From an uncultured Planctomycetaceae bacterium (GTDB lineage: Bacteria; Planctomycetota; Planctomycetia; Isosphaerales; Isosphaeraceae), in the NCBI GenBank assembly GCA_963833985.1, contig CAWIAD010000002.1:2144001-2208000 (forward strand): a stretch of DNA of 64,000 nt. Direction: 5' to 3'. This document shows positions 54,364 through 64,000 of the stretch, piece by piece. How positions within the stretch are numbered: position 1 is the stretch's first letter; each line of letters begins with the position of its first letter. The notes below the pieces were generated by a model. That model ran no database searches. It saw only the letters and a program-made list of their open reading frames with translations, and was not told the DNA's origin. The translations under genes were made by a program, and so were the position numbers.

Positions 54364-55515
54364 TTACGGGCCGCCGGGAGTGTGCGGGCCGTTCCCGCCC
54401 GAGTCCGGTAAGGGGAGCCGAACGGTGAACTCGCTCCCCTTGCCAAGCCCGTCGCTCGCCGCCTGCACGGTCCCGCCGTGCAGCGCCGTGTAGTCCTTCA
54501 CGACAGAGAGCCCGATCCCCAGGCCGCTCTCCGGGCGACCGGCGGACTCGGCCTGGGTGAACAGGTCGAATATGTGCGGCATGATGTCGGGCGAGATGCC
54601 AATCCCCGTATCCTGCATCCGGACGACCGCCTCATCACCCTCCACGGTCGCCTTGATCCAGATCGTCCCCCCGTCCCCGGTAAACTTTCCCGCATTCTGC
54701 ACAAGGTTGATGAAGACCTGACGCAGTCGGGTCGGATCGGCATGCAGAGGGATCGGGACCTCGGGCAGCAACATTTGAAGTGATTGCATCCGACCGTTGA
54801 GCGCGGGGCGGCACGTCTCGACCGCCTGGTGGATCACGTCCTGGAGGACGACCCGCTCCTTGTTGAGCTGGACCTTGCCCGCGGCGGTGCGTGCCATCTC
54901 CAGCAGGTCGTCCACCATTCGCCCCATGAACTCGACCTGCCTGCGCAGCATGCTTGCCATGAAGGACATTTCGGAAGATGCCGACTCGTAGCGCTTGAGC
55001 AAGTGAGTGGCGTTGGACAGCGCGCTCAGAGGATTCCGCAGCTCGTGGGCGAGCGTGGAGATGAACACGTTCTTCCGGTGATCGGCTTGCTGAAGGGCGC
55101 TGATGCGGCCTTCGAGCGTCTCGACCAGCGACTTCTGATCCGTCTGGTTCCGCACGATCTTGACGAAGCCGAGGAGTTCACCCCGTTCGTCCCGGAGTGC
55201 GGTCAGCGTCCCGCTCACCCAGATCCGGCCGCCGTCCTTGCGGAGCTGCCAGCGGTCATCCTCCGACTCCCCGGAGGCGCTGGCCGTCTGCTGCTCCCAG
55301 GCGGCAAGGTCCTTCTCCAGGTCTTCCGGGATGAACAGGACAGAGGCGCTCCGGCCGATGATCTCCTCCGTCGCATGGCCCAGCAACCGTTCAGACCCAG
55401 CCATCCAGCCGACGATGACTCCGCTGGGATCAAGCAGGATCACAGCGTGAGTACCGACCTGGTCCATCGCCATTTCAAGCAGGCGGCTGGCGAGCGCCGA
55501 GTGTTCCTTGGACAT
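54364..55515 (-). CDS. PAS-domain sensor histidine kinase
   Basis: PAS/PAC (RKDG), LAHELRNPL, NAGKFT and GLGIGL motifs. Confidence 0.92.
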   Translation of the reverse strand: MSKEHSALASRLLEMAMDQVGTHAVILLDPSGVIVGWMAGSERLLGHATEEIIGRSASVLFIPEDLEKDLAAWEQQTASASGESEDDRWQLRKDGGRIWVSGTLTALRDERGELLGFVKIVRNQTDQKSLVETLEGRISALQQADHRKNVFISTLAHELRNPLSALSNATHLLKRYESASSEMSFMASMLRRQVEFMGRMVDDLLEMARTAAGKVQLNKERVVLQDVIHQAVETCRPALNGRMQSLQMLLPEVPIPLHADPTRLRQVFINLVQNAGKFTGDGGTIWIKATVEGDEAVVRMQDTGIGISPDIMPHIFDLFTQAESAGRPESGLGIGLSVVKDYTALHGGTVQAASDGLGKGSEFTVRLPLPDSGGNGPHTPGGP

Positions 55516-55794
55516 CGACCTCTCCGACCGCGGGGAGCATCAGGGTGTTGAGGGGACTTGGTCGTCAGGTCGATGCAACCTTCGACCGCACCAGCAGGCA
55601 TGGAGGTTCCCGAACTGAAGTAAGCCTGAAAGCCTGACGGACTTACTTCGGCTCCCTCGCCTGACAGATCGGTTCTCATATACGACTACCATACCGGCCT
55701 CCCGAGAGACAATGTGATCTCCTGATCTTTGACCGCCCGGTGCGACTCGGGCCGCCAGCCGAGTGCCACCATCGAGCTTCCCGGCGAGCCCGTT

Positions 55795-56003
55795 TTGAAT
55801 CGTCGCCGCGGGGACGGGAAGCTCGCATATCGAGCCATGTTCCGGGCACAAGCTCGGTGAGCGGGCCATCCCGTGGTTCTGCCATCGAGGCTGAGGGTCG
55901 ACATGGCGAACGGACCGGGTATCGGCTCCAAGGCCGAGATCGAGCCAGTCCATTAACAGACGATCCATGAGACGTATTCGCAGCATCCGGGCAAGCGGAG
56001 CCG
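55795..56003 (+). pseudogene. Degenerate copy of the GH97 5' region
   Basis: 55861-56003 aligns with 58021-58163 and contains an in-frame TAA; 55795-55823 matches 57735-57763. Confidence 0.75.
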
Positions 56004-56182
56004 GTTGCGGCGTCTATGCGCCGGGAGGAGGCTATCTGGGCGATGTCAACACACCGGTGACGAACGATCTGTCCGATATGCTTCGGATCAATGCGATCGT
56101 GCCTGAGCCGCCATCCTCGGTTCTATTACTCCTGGGCTTCATCGGAGGAGCCTGCGGCATTGGTCAGATGGTGAGACGTTGA
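56004..56182 (+). pseudogene. PEP-CTERM-like C-terminal fragment
   Basis: VPEPPSSVLLLLGFIGG...MVRR. Confidence 0.45.
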
Positions 56183-56444
56183 GCGGACAACTTCGCCCCG
56201 CGATACCGGAACCGTGGGCGAAAGCGAAGCGGGCTGTTTTGCCACCAGTCCATGAAGGAACGCAGCTCGACGGTCGTCCCTGCGAAGCAGTCGTCCAATT
56301 TCTTGCCGCGCTTGAGGACGTGGTCGATGAGCCCGTCCTCAGCCGCACAGGGCAGTTGTCCCATGATTCACTTCTCCCGCCCGCCTCATGCGCTCGGAAG
56401 ATCACGTCGACGGCAGTATCTCCACTCGCATGGACCGTTCAACT

Positions 56445-57350
56445 TCACGGGCGTGCCACGGATTCGACTCGCATCGTCAGCTTCAGTGCGTCGGGCAGCG
56501 CGGGCGAGCCTCCGGGTTGCGAGCAGACGTACGCCGCAACCTCGCTGGCGTGCCGATTGATCTCGTCGAGAGGTCGGCCGGCGAGGCGGCCGACGACCAG
56601 TGCGGCCGTGAAGGCGTCCCCCGCTCCGACAGTGTCGTGAACCTCGACCGGCACGCCCGGATGGTCCGACCAGGCCCCGTCGGCGAACAGGAGGCTGCCG
56701 CTCGACCCGCGCGTCAGCGCCACGAGCGCGAGGTCGAATCGACGGGCCAGGCCGGCGATTGCCGACCGGGCATCGGTCGGCAGACCGAACATGGCGGCGA
56801 GGACGGGCAATTCCTGGTCGTTCAGCTTCAGGGCATTCGCCAGTACCAGAGAGCACTCGATCACGGCCGGGTCGATGAACGGCGCCCGGAGGTTCACATC
56901 GAACATCCGAAGTGCTCCGGGGCGTGCCGTCTGCACCAGTGAGCGGATTGAGCGCCTCGACGGCTCATCTCGCTGCGCGAGGCTGCCGAAGCAAACGGCG
57001 TCGGCCGAGGCGGCGTGACTCGTCGCGACGGGGTCGGCCTCGATCCTGTCCCAGGCGGCGCCGGCCCGGATCGTGTAGCAGGGTTGCCCGTCGGAGGCCA
57101 GGCTCACATCGACAGTGCCGGTCGGCCAGGCGCGATCGACCTGCACCGTGTCAGTCGGGAGCCCCATCAACCGGAACTGATCCAGGACCTCGCGTCCAAG
57201 GTCGTCGCCGCCGACGCGCGTGACGACGCGTGCATCGGCGCCGAGGCATCGGCACTGGAACGCAAAGTTGGCTGGGGCGCCTCCCAGTTGCTTGCCGGAA
57301 GGCAACAGGTCCCAGAGGACCTCGCCCAAGGCCAGGATCTTGTCAGGCAT
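56445..57350 (-). CDS. PfkB-family carbohydrate kinase (fructokinase-like)
   Basis: GEVLWD, GGAPANFA, DVNLR and DTVGAGDAF motifs. Confidence 0.92.
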   Translation of the reverse strand: MPDKILALGEVLWDLLPSGKQLGGAPANFAFQCRCLGADARVVTRVGGDDLGREVLDQFRLMGLPTDTVQVDRAWPTGTVDVSLASDGQPCYTIRAGAAWDRIEADPVATSHAASADAVCFGSLAQRDEPSRRSIRSLVQTARPGALRMFDVNLRAPFIDPAVIECSLVLANALKLNDQELPVLAAMFGLPTDARSAIAGLARRFDLALVALTRGSSGSLLFADGAWSDHPGVPVEVHDTVGAGDAFTAALVVGRLAGRPLDEINRHASEVAAYVCSQPGGSPALPDALKLTMRVESVARP

Positions 57351-57834
57351 GGTCGCCTCGTTCGCTCACCGGTCCCGGATACGCGCGTGTATTCGCGGCG
57401 CGCTCGCATGGGGCACGCCGGCATCGCGAAAGCACGCATTCACGACGATCTGGGCCTTGACACGTCGATGTTACAGGCCACCTCCCTGGGGCGGATAGGT
57501 CGCAGTGTCAAATTCAGTCATAACAGCTCGGTCGGTACTCGGAGCCGACGGCATGGGATCGGGCCCGTGGCATCACCGGAACTCCCGAGGCGATCCTCGG
57601 AGCCTTTCGACGAGACGGAGCAGGCGCTATATAGAACGTGCCTTCCGCGAGCAGCACGCCCCCGCGGGCCAGGGCCCGTCGCAGCAGATTATCGTTACTC
57701 AGAGGTTACGAAGAGGATCATCCTGAGGTCTCCCTTGAATCGTCGCCGCGGGGGCGCGAAGCTGGAACTTCGAGCCACGTCCACGGCGCGTGCTCCGTCT
57801 CGTCGATCCGGCTGCATCAGAATGGAGAACGGCA

Positions 57835-59851
57835 ATGGGGCGCTTCAGCCTGAGACTTGCGTGCACGCTGTGGAGCTATGTGCTCGTCTCTGTTTCATGC
57901 TTCGCCGGGGACAGACCGCCGGGAGCGTCCGCGACCTCGCCCGATGGGCGTGTCCGGGCGGAAGTGGCGCTGGTGGAGGTCAACGCGCAGACGACGGCTC
58001 CGACCTACTCCATTACCCTGGCGGGCCATCCCGTGGTTCTGCCCTCGAGGCTGGGGGTCGAGATGGCGAACGGACCGGGAATCGGCTCGAACGCCGAGAT
58101 TGAAGCCGTCCATTCACGCATGATCCATGAAACGTATTCGCAGCATCCGGGCAAGCGGAGCCGGGTGCTCAACCACTGCAACGAGATCACGATCGCGTTC
58201 CGCGAGCGAACCGAGCCGCCCCGGCGCTGGGAACTCGTGATCCGGGCCTACGATGATGGCGTCGCCCTGCGCTATCGTTTTCCCGCTCAGAGCGGCTGGG
58301 AAGTGCTCCGCATCGCCGCCGAGCGCCACGCAGATTGGCTTGCCCTCGGATGCCGTGGCTTACGCCCTGCCGCTGAAGGGCTTCACGTCGTCTCACGAGG
58401 GCCGCTATGAGAAGCGGCCGGTCTCGGAAATCCCGAGGGACTGGCTGCTCGGCTTGCCGCTCTTGACCGAGCTTCGCGGCACCGGCTGGCTCGCCGTCAT
58501 GGAGGCCAATCTCACCGACTACGCGGGCATGTACCTGGCGCACGGCAGCGGGGACGGAGCCGTCATGACCACGCGGCTTTCACCCAGGAAGGACGATCCT
58601 GGCCTGGCCGTGCAGGCAAGGCTGCCGCACGAGTCTCCCTGGCGCGTGTTCCTGCTGGCCGACCGCCTCGAGCGGCTCGTTGAATCGGACCTGCAACTGA
58701 ACCTGAACGCCCCCTGTGCGATTGGAGACGCAGCCTGGATCCGTCCAGGCAAGACGACCTTCCCCTGGTGGAACGGGTTCTACGAAACGCAGGTGCCTTT
58801 CCAGATGGGGCTGAATACGGCCACGGCCAGGTACTACATCGACTTCTGCGCCGAGGCGGGAATCCCCTACCACTCGCTTGACGGCAAGGACAACATCGCC
58901 TGGTACGGCGGTACGATCGTACCCTACGAGGGAGCGGACATCACCCGCGGTATTGATGGTCTCGACCTCCGCGCAGTGCTTCACCATGCGGCATCCAGGG
59001 GCGTCAGGATCCGCCTCTGGATGCACTGGCAAGCCGCACAGAAACACATGGAGCGAGCCTTCCCCCTGTTCCATGAGTGGGGGGTTGAAGGGGTCATGCT
59101 TGACTTCATGGACCGCGACGACCAGGAGATGGTGAACTTCCTGCGCAGGGCGATCCACCTGGCGGCCCAGAACCAGTTGACCGTGACGCTGCACGGCGTG
59201 GCCGCGCCCACCGGCCTGGAGCGAACCTACCCGAACCTGCTGACCAGCGAAGGTGTTCTCAACCTGGAATATGGCAAATGGGACCGGCTGGGCGTGCCTC
59301 CCGAGCACGAGCTGACCGTGCCGTTCACGCGCATGCTCGCCGGACCGCTCGATTTCCATCAGGGCTCGCTGCGCGGCGTGCGGGTCGAGGATTTCCAGCC
59401 GCACAACGCGGCGCCGCTGGTCATGGGCACTCCGTGCCAGATGCTTGCCTCCTACGTCGTCTTGCAGAATCATCTACCGATGGCGGCGGATTACCCTTCC
59501 GCTTATCGCGGCCATCCCGCGCTGCCCGTGCTGGCGGCCATTCCCGCGACCTGGGACGACACGCGTTGCCTTGCCGCCAGGGTGGGTGAGCTCGCCGTGA
59601 TCGCTCGCCGTCATGGCTCCGACTGGTGGGTCGGTGCCATGGGCGGCCGGGACGCCCGCGAGCTGGAGGTTCCGCTCGGATTCTTGGGGCCAGGACCGTA
59701 CCGCGCCGATTGCCATCGCGATGACCCCAGCGCCTCCGGCCGGGTGGCGAAGGAGACCGAGCAGGTCGACTCCGGGAAAACCGTGCGTGCGCACCTGGCG
59801 CCTGCGGGAGGCCTGCTGGTTCACCTCGTGCCTGCCGGCGACGCCAGGTGA
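57835..59851 (+). CDS. Glycoside hydrolase family 97; frameshift near 58330
   Basis: SPDG, RAYDDGVALRY, SPWRV, WIRPGK, ERTYPN, PFTRMLAGPLDF and WDDT motifs. Confidence 0.88.
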
Positions 59852-59867
59852 TTGCTTCGGATGCGCT

Positions 59868-59911
59868 TCACCGGCCGGGTTGTTGCCTGGCAAGAGGCCG
59901 CCGGCCGGTGA
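59868..59911. terminator. Hairpin between convergent genes, possible terminator
   Basis: 11-bp stem TCACCGGCCGG / CCGGCCGGTGA; no clear U-tract. Confidence 0.3.
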
Positions 59912-59929
59912 CGATGCTCGGTCACGGCC

Positions 59930-60433
59930 TCATTCCGGGCAGGAGCCGGAAGGGCCTTTTGCGAACGCTTCCTTCATCGCCGCCTGTATCTGGTCCGGGG
60001 ACAGGTCCTGAATGTGCGTCGCGAAGCTCCACTTGTGGCCGTAAGGATCGACGACCATGCCGTAGCGATCTCCCCAGAACATATCCTGTGCAGGCATGGC
60101 GACCCTGGCGCCTGCATCCTTGGCCCGCGCGATGGCGGCGTCGCAGTCCTTGACGTAGAGGTGCAGCGAGACCGGTGTGCCACCCAGGGCGGTGGCCGTG
60201 TTCGCCTTGCCCCCGGAGTACTCCGGGAAATCGTCATTCAGAAAAATATGGCTGGAGCCGATGCGCAGCTCCGCGTGCATGACCCGCTTCCCGTCGGGCG
60301 CGGGCATGCAATAGACTTCCTCGGCACCGAGCGCCTGCTTGTAGAAGGCGATGGCCTCGGTGCAAGGGCTGCATGTCAGGTGCGGGATGAGGCTTTCATG
60401 GCCCCGGGAAATGGGTTGACTGGCTCCGGACAT
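59930..60433 (-). CDS. VOC/glyoxalase (PhnB-like) protein
   Basis: AIAFYK, MHAELRIG and DMFWGDRYG..DPYGHKW motifs. Confidence 0.9.
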   Translation of the reverse strand: MSGASQPISRGHESLIPHLTCSPCTEAIAFYKQALGAEEVYCMPAPDGKRVMHAELRIGSSHIFLNDDFPEYSGGKANTATALGGTPVSLHLYVKDCDAAIARAKDAGARVAMPAQDMFWGDRYGMVVDPYGHKWSFATHIQDLSPDQIQAAMKEAFAKGPSGSCPE

Positions 60434-60526
60434 GGGATTCTCCTCGAGTCAAGGTTGGGAAAGGGGAATCGGAACTGGTCTTGCATCAAAACGAAGGGGC
60501 GTCGTCGTCGGCACGGGGAATTTTGG

Positions 60527-61006
60527 TCACGCTTGATCGTACGCCTGCTGGAGCACGGAAATATCGAGCTTCTTCATGCTGAGCATTGCCTGCATGGCCC
60601 GTCGAGACCTTGCCGGATCGGCCCCGCTCAGGAGCCTGGGTAGAATGGTCGGGACGATTTGCCAGGAAAGGCCGAATTTGTCCTTGAGCCAGCCGCACTG
60701 GCTCTCGGCACCTCCCGCGGACAGTTGTTCGTAATAGGCGTCGACTTCTTGCTGGGTCTCGCAGTTCACGACGAACGAGACAGCCTCGGAGAACGTGAAG
60801 TGCGGCCCTCCATTGAGTCCGACGAACGTCTGGCCGTCGAGCTGGAACTCCACGGTCATCACGGAGCCGGCGGGTCCTGGCCCGGACTCGCCATAGCGTA
60901 CGGCCTGAACGATCCTGGAGTTCGGGAAGATCGAGGTGTACAACGTCGCCGCCTCCTCTGCCTGGTGGTCGAACCACAAGAAGGGCGTGATCTTCTGGAT
61001 GGGCAC
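60527..61006 (-). CDS. VOC family protein (3-demethylubiquinone-9 3-methyltransferase-like)
   Basis: QKITPFLWF, LNGGP and CGWLKDKFGLSWQIVP motifs. Confidence 0.9.
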   Translation of the reverse strand: MPIQKITPFLWFDHQAEEAATLYTSIFPNSRIVQAVRYGESGPGPAGSVMTVEFQLDGQTFVGLNGGPHFTFSEAVSFVVNCETQQEVDAYYEQLSAGGAESQCGWLKDKFGLSWQIVPTILPRLLSGADPARSRRAMQAMLSMKKLDISVLQQAYDQA

Positions 61007-61286
61007 CAGTCTCTCCTCGATTTCAGGGAGTCTACCTTCGTGATCTCGGCGCTGACTTTCCAGAGTCGAATGGCAACCAACCGGATCGACACCAATCTTG
61101 GGAACCGCCGGAGTTTTTTCAAGGAGGTCGTCCGCTGACTCCTCCCGGGTCTGGAGCATGAGCCGGCCAATCCCTGCCTGCTGGAATCGGCCCCGGGAGC
61201 GCGGTACAAGAGGAACGTGTGAAAATGCCCGCCTCGAAGAGACGGCCAGGGCAAGACATCCTCTTTGGAATCAGGGCCCTATCGCA

Positions 61287-62540
61287 ATGAAGGTCCACGA
61301 ATACCAGGCGAAGGAGCTGCTGGAGCAGGCTGGGGTCGCGGTGCCGGCAGGTGTCGTCGTGACGAAGCCGGCCGAGGCGGCCAGAGCCTACAGCACGCTG
61401 GGTGGTGGTCTCATCGTCGTCAAGGCGCAGGTGCACGCCGGCGGCCGGGGCAAGGGGGTCGCGGTGGGGCCGGAGGTCGACCGCGAACTGGCGCTGGCGA
61501 TTGCCAGCGGCAAGCAGCCGCGGCCCGACGGGATGGCCAGGGGCGTGCAGCTCGTCAAGTCGGCCGAGGAGGCCGAGAAGGCGGCCGCCAGCCTGCTCGG
61601 CAAGACGCTGGTCACGTACCAGACCGGGGCGGCGGGGCAGACCATCGCCAAGGTCCTGGTCACGGTGGGCCACACGATCGCCCGCGAGCTGTACCTGGGC
61701 CTGGCGATCGACCGCAATCTCAAGTGTCCCGTGCTCATGGCCTCCACCGAGGGCGGCGTGGAGATCGAGACCGTGGCCTCGACGACGCCGGAGAAGATCC
61801 ATCGCGAGCCGATCGACGTGGGGCTCGGCCTGGCCGACTTCCAGGCTCGCAAGGTATGCAAGGCGCTCGGGCTCACCGGGGCAACGGCCAAGAAGGGCGT
61901 GGTCTTTCTCAAGAACTTTGTCAAGCTGTTCATCGACAAGGACGCCTCGCTGGCCGAGATCAATCCGCTCATCGTCACCGAGAGTGGTGACGTGCTGGCG
62001 CTCGACTGCAAGATCAACTTCGATGACAACGCCGTGTTTCGCCATCCCGACGTGGCCGCGATGCTCGATGAGACCGAAGAAGACCCGGCGGAGCTTCGGG
62101 CCGCGCGCACCGGATTGTCCTACGTCAGCCTTGACGGCGACATCGCCTGCCTGGTCAACGGCGCGGGGCTGGCCATGAGTACGATGGACCTGATCAAGTA
62201 CCATGGCGGCGAGCCGGCCAATTTCCTGGACGTGGGCGGAGGGGCCAGCAAGGACCAGGTGCTCGAAGGGTTCCGCATCCTGCTCTCCGCGCCGCAGGTC
62301 AGGGCCGTGCTGGTCAACATCTTTGGCGGCATCATGAAGTGCGACATCATCGCCTCGGCCATCCTGGCCGCCTACGACGAGATCGACTTCCGGCTTCCCC
62401 TGGTCGTGCGGCTGGAAGGCACCAACTCCGACCTCGGCCGTCAGCTGCTCCAGAAGAGCGGCCGCAAGATCATCACCGCAGAAGGCCTGACCGACGCGGC
62501 ACAGAAGGTGGTCGCGGCAGCGCAAGGGAACGCGGCCTGA
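61287..62540 (+). CDS. sucC: Succinyl-CoA synthetase beta subunit
   Basis: [27 protein letters not shown] and NFLDVGGGA motifs. Confidence 0.96.
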   Translation: MKVHEYQAKELLEQAGVAVPAGVVVTKPAEAARAYSTLGGGLIVVKAQVHAGGRGKGVAVGPEVDRELALAIASGKQPRPDGMARGVQLVKSAEEAEKAAASLLGKTLVTYQTGAAGQTIAKVLVTVGHTIARELYLGLAIDRNLKCPVLMASTEGGVEIETVASTTPEKIHREPIDVGLGLADFQARKVCKALGLTGATAKKGVVFLKNFVKLFIDKDASLAEINPLIVTESGDVLALDCKINFDDNAVFRHPDVAAMLDETEEDPAELRAARTGLSYVSLDGDIACLVNGAGLAMSTMDLIKYHGGEPANFLDVGGGASKDQVLEGFRILLSAPQVRAVLVNIFGGIMKCDIIASAILAAYDEIDFRLPLVVRLEGTNSDLGRQLLQKSGRKIITAEGLTDAAQKVVAAAQGNAA

Positions 62541-62582
62541 AATCACGGCCGTTTGTAAAAGCCCCTCGACCAGGAGGCGACC

Positions 62583-63038
62583 ATGGGAACCGGCACGCTG
62601 GGCAGGGTGACAGTAAGTGCCAGAATCGAGAACGTCGCGGAGCTTTTTCTCGTCGATAGGGGTCAACTCGCTCCGGATCAGGTTCATCGCGTGGAAGTCG
62701 GCGATGCATTGGTCGACACCGGGGCGACGACGCTTTCAATGCCCCGCTCGCTGATCCAGCAGCTTGACCTCACTCCACTGCGATCACGGACCGCTCGAAC
62801 CAGCGCGGGGTTGTCCACTTTCCAGATCTACAGTGCCGTCCGTCTCACGGTGCAGGGCAGGGAGTGTACCATCGACGTTGCTGAGGTCCCGGAAGGCTGC
62901 CCGGTTCTGATCGGCCAGGTTCCACTGGAATTGCTTGATTTCGTTGTCGATTCGTCGAGCCAGCGTCTCATCGGCAACCCGGCGCACGGCGGAGAGCAGA
63001 TGCTCGAGATGTACTGTCATATTCTTGAATCCCATTGA
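62583..63038 (+). CDS. Clan AA (retropepsin-like) aspartic protease
   Basis: ALVDTGATTL and LIGQVPLE motifs; GGAGG upstream. Confidence 0.85.
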   Translation: MGTGTLGRVTVSARIENVAELFLVDRGQLAPDQVHRVEVGDALVDTGATTLSMPRSLIQQLDLTPLRSRTARTSAGLSTFQIYSAVRLTVQGRECTIDVAEVPEGCPVLIGQVPLELLDFVVDSSSQRLIGNPAHGGEQMLEMYCHILESH

Positions 63039-63055
63039 AATACAAGGCATAGAAG

Positions 63056-63937
63056 ATGAGCATTCTCGTCAACAAGAACACGCGCTTGATCTGCCAGGGA
63101 ATCACGGGCAAGGCCGGGGCGTTTCATGCCGAGCAGTGCAAGGCGTACGGCACGAACCTGGTGGGTGGCGTGACGCCCGGCCGCGGGGGAGAGACGGCTC
63201 TGGGCGTGCCGGTCTTTGACACCTGCGCCGAGGCCGTGCAGGCCACCGGAGCCAACGCCACCATGATCTTCGTACCGGCCGGCGGCGCGGCCGATGCGGT
63301 CATGGAAGCCGCGGATGCCGGCATCGCCGTGATCGTGGCCATCACCGAAGGTACGCCGGTCGTCGACATGGCTCGCGCCGTGGCGTACCTGCGGGCGCAC
63401 CGTCCCCAGGCACGGCTGATCGGACCGAACTGTCCGGGCATCATCACGCCCGGCGAGTGCAAGATTGGCATCATGCCGGGATATATCCACAAGCCGGGCC
63501 GGGTGGGCGTTGTCAGCCGGTCGGGAACGCTCACCTATGAGGGAGTCTGGCAGCTCACCAACCTGGGCATCGGCCAGAGCACCTGCGTGGGCATCGGCGG
63601 CGACCCGGTCAACGGCACCAGCTTCGTCGACGTGCTGGCCATGTATGAGGCGGATCCCGCCACCGATGCCGTGCTCATGATGGGTGAGATTGGCGGCAAC
63701 GCGGAGGAACAGGCGGCCGAGTTCAAGCGCTCCGGCAAGTTCACCAAGCCGCTGGCCGCCTTCATCGCCGGCCAGACCGCGCCGCCGGGCAAGCGCATGG
63801 GCCACGCCGGAGCGATCATCTCCGGCGGATCCGGGAAGGCGGAGGACAAGATCGCGGCGCTCGAGGCCGCGGGTATCCGCGTGGCCAGGAGCCCGGCCGA
63901 CATGGGCTCGGCGCTCAAGGCCGCACTCGGGAAGTGA
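63056..63937 (+). CDS. sucD: Succinyl-CoA synthetase alpha subunit
   Basis: [20 protein letters not shown] and RMGHAGA motifs. Confidence 0.97.
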   Translation: MSILVNKNTRLICQGITGKAGAFHAEQCKAYGTNLVGGVTPGRGGETALGVPVFDTCAEAVQATGANATMIFVPAGGAADAVMEAADAGIAVIVAITEGTPVVDMARAVAYLRAHRPQARLIGPNCPGIITPGECKIGIMPGYIHKPGRVGVVSRSGTLTYEGVWQLTNLGIGQSTCVGIGGDPVNGTSFVDVLAMYEADPATDAVLMMGEIGGNAEEQAAEFKRSGKFTKPLAAFIAGQTAPPGKRMGHAGAIISGGSGKAEDKIAALEAAGIRVARSPADMGSALKAALGK

Positions 63938-64000
63938 CCGGTACCATGTTCAAACCTCGTGGAGCAAGCTGGCTGTGTTCTTTTCTGCCGTACCGTCCCG

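Noticed and set aside
1..64000. tRNA or rRNA genes, prophage, integron
   Set aside because: None recognised; no structural phage genes, tyrosine integrase or attC-type cassette pattern seen.

Overview
GC-rich bacterial DNA, most likely Planctomycetota (inferred from the ECF sigma factor with a long C-terminal extension, the BON-like small protein and the large secreted repeat proteins). The first 10.5 kb is a mobile-DNA hotspot. It holds two near-identical copies of an endonuclease-less group II intron. Both have the same 3' exon, the right arm of a REP-like hairpin (GTGGGACACGATTCCG^ATCGTGTCAC), followed by a 35-bp tandem array of the same REP in inverted orientation. The intron's candidate EBS1 (UGGAAU) is complementary to the REP loop, which suggests a REP-homing group II intron. 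Copy 1 is interrupted by a 2-kb large serine recombinase element with perfect 23-bp inverted ends and by an ISAs1-family IS with a 10-bp target duplication. The rest of the window holds ordinary genes: ygiQ-like radical SAM, signalling genes, peptidases, a glycosyltransferase cluster, pyrR-B-C, gnd-pgi-pgm, fructokinase, GH97 and sucC-sucD. It also holds a decaying toxin-antitoxin cluster and two copies of a 100-bp palindromic CTAG-targeting MITE, one inserted in-frame in a VapC toxin. About eleven genes show single frameshifts, probably sequencing or assembly errors. Product calls rest on motif recognition by eye; no database searches were run.
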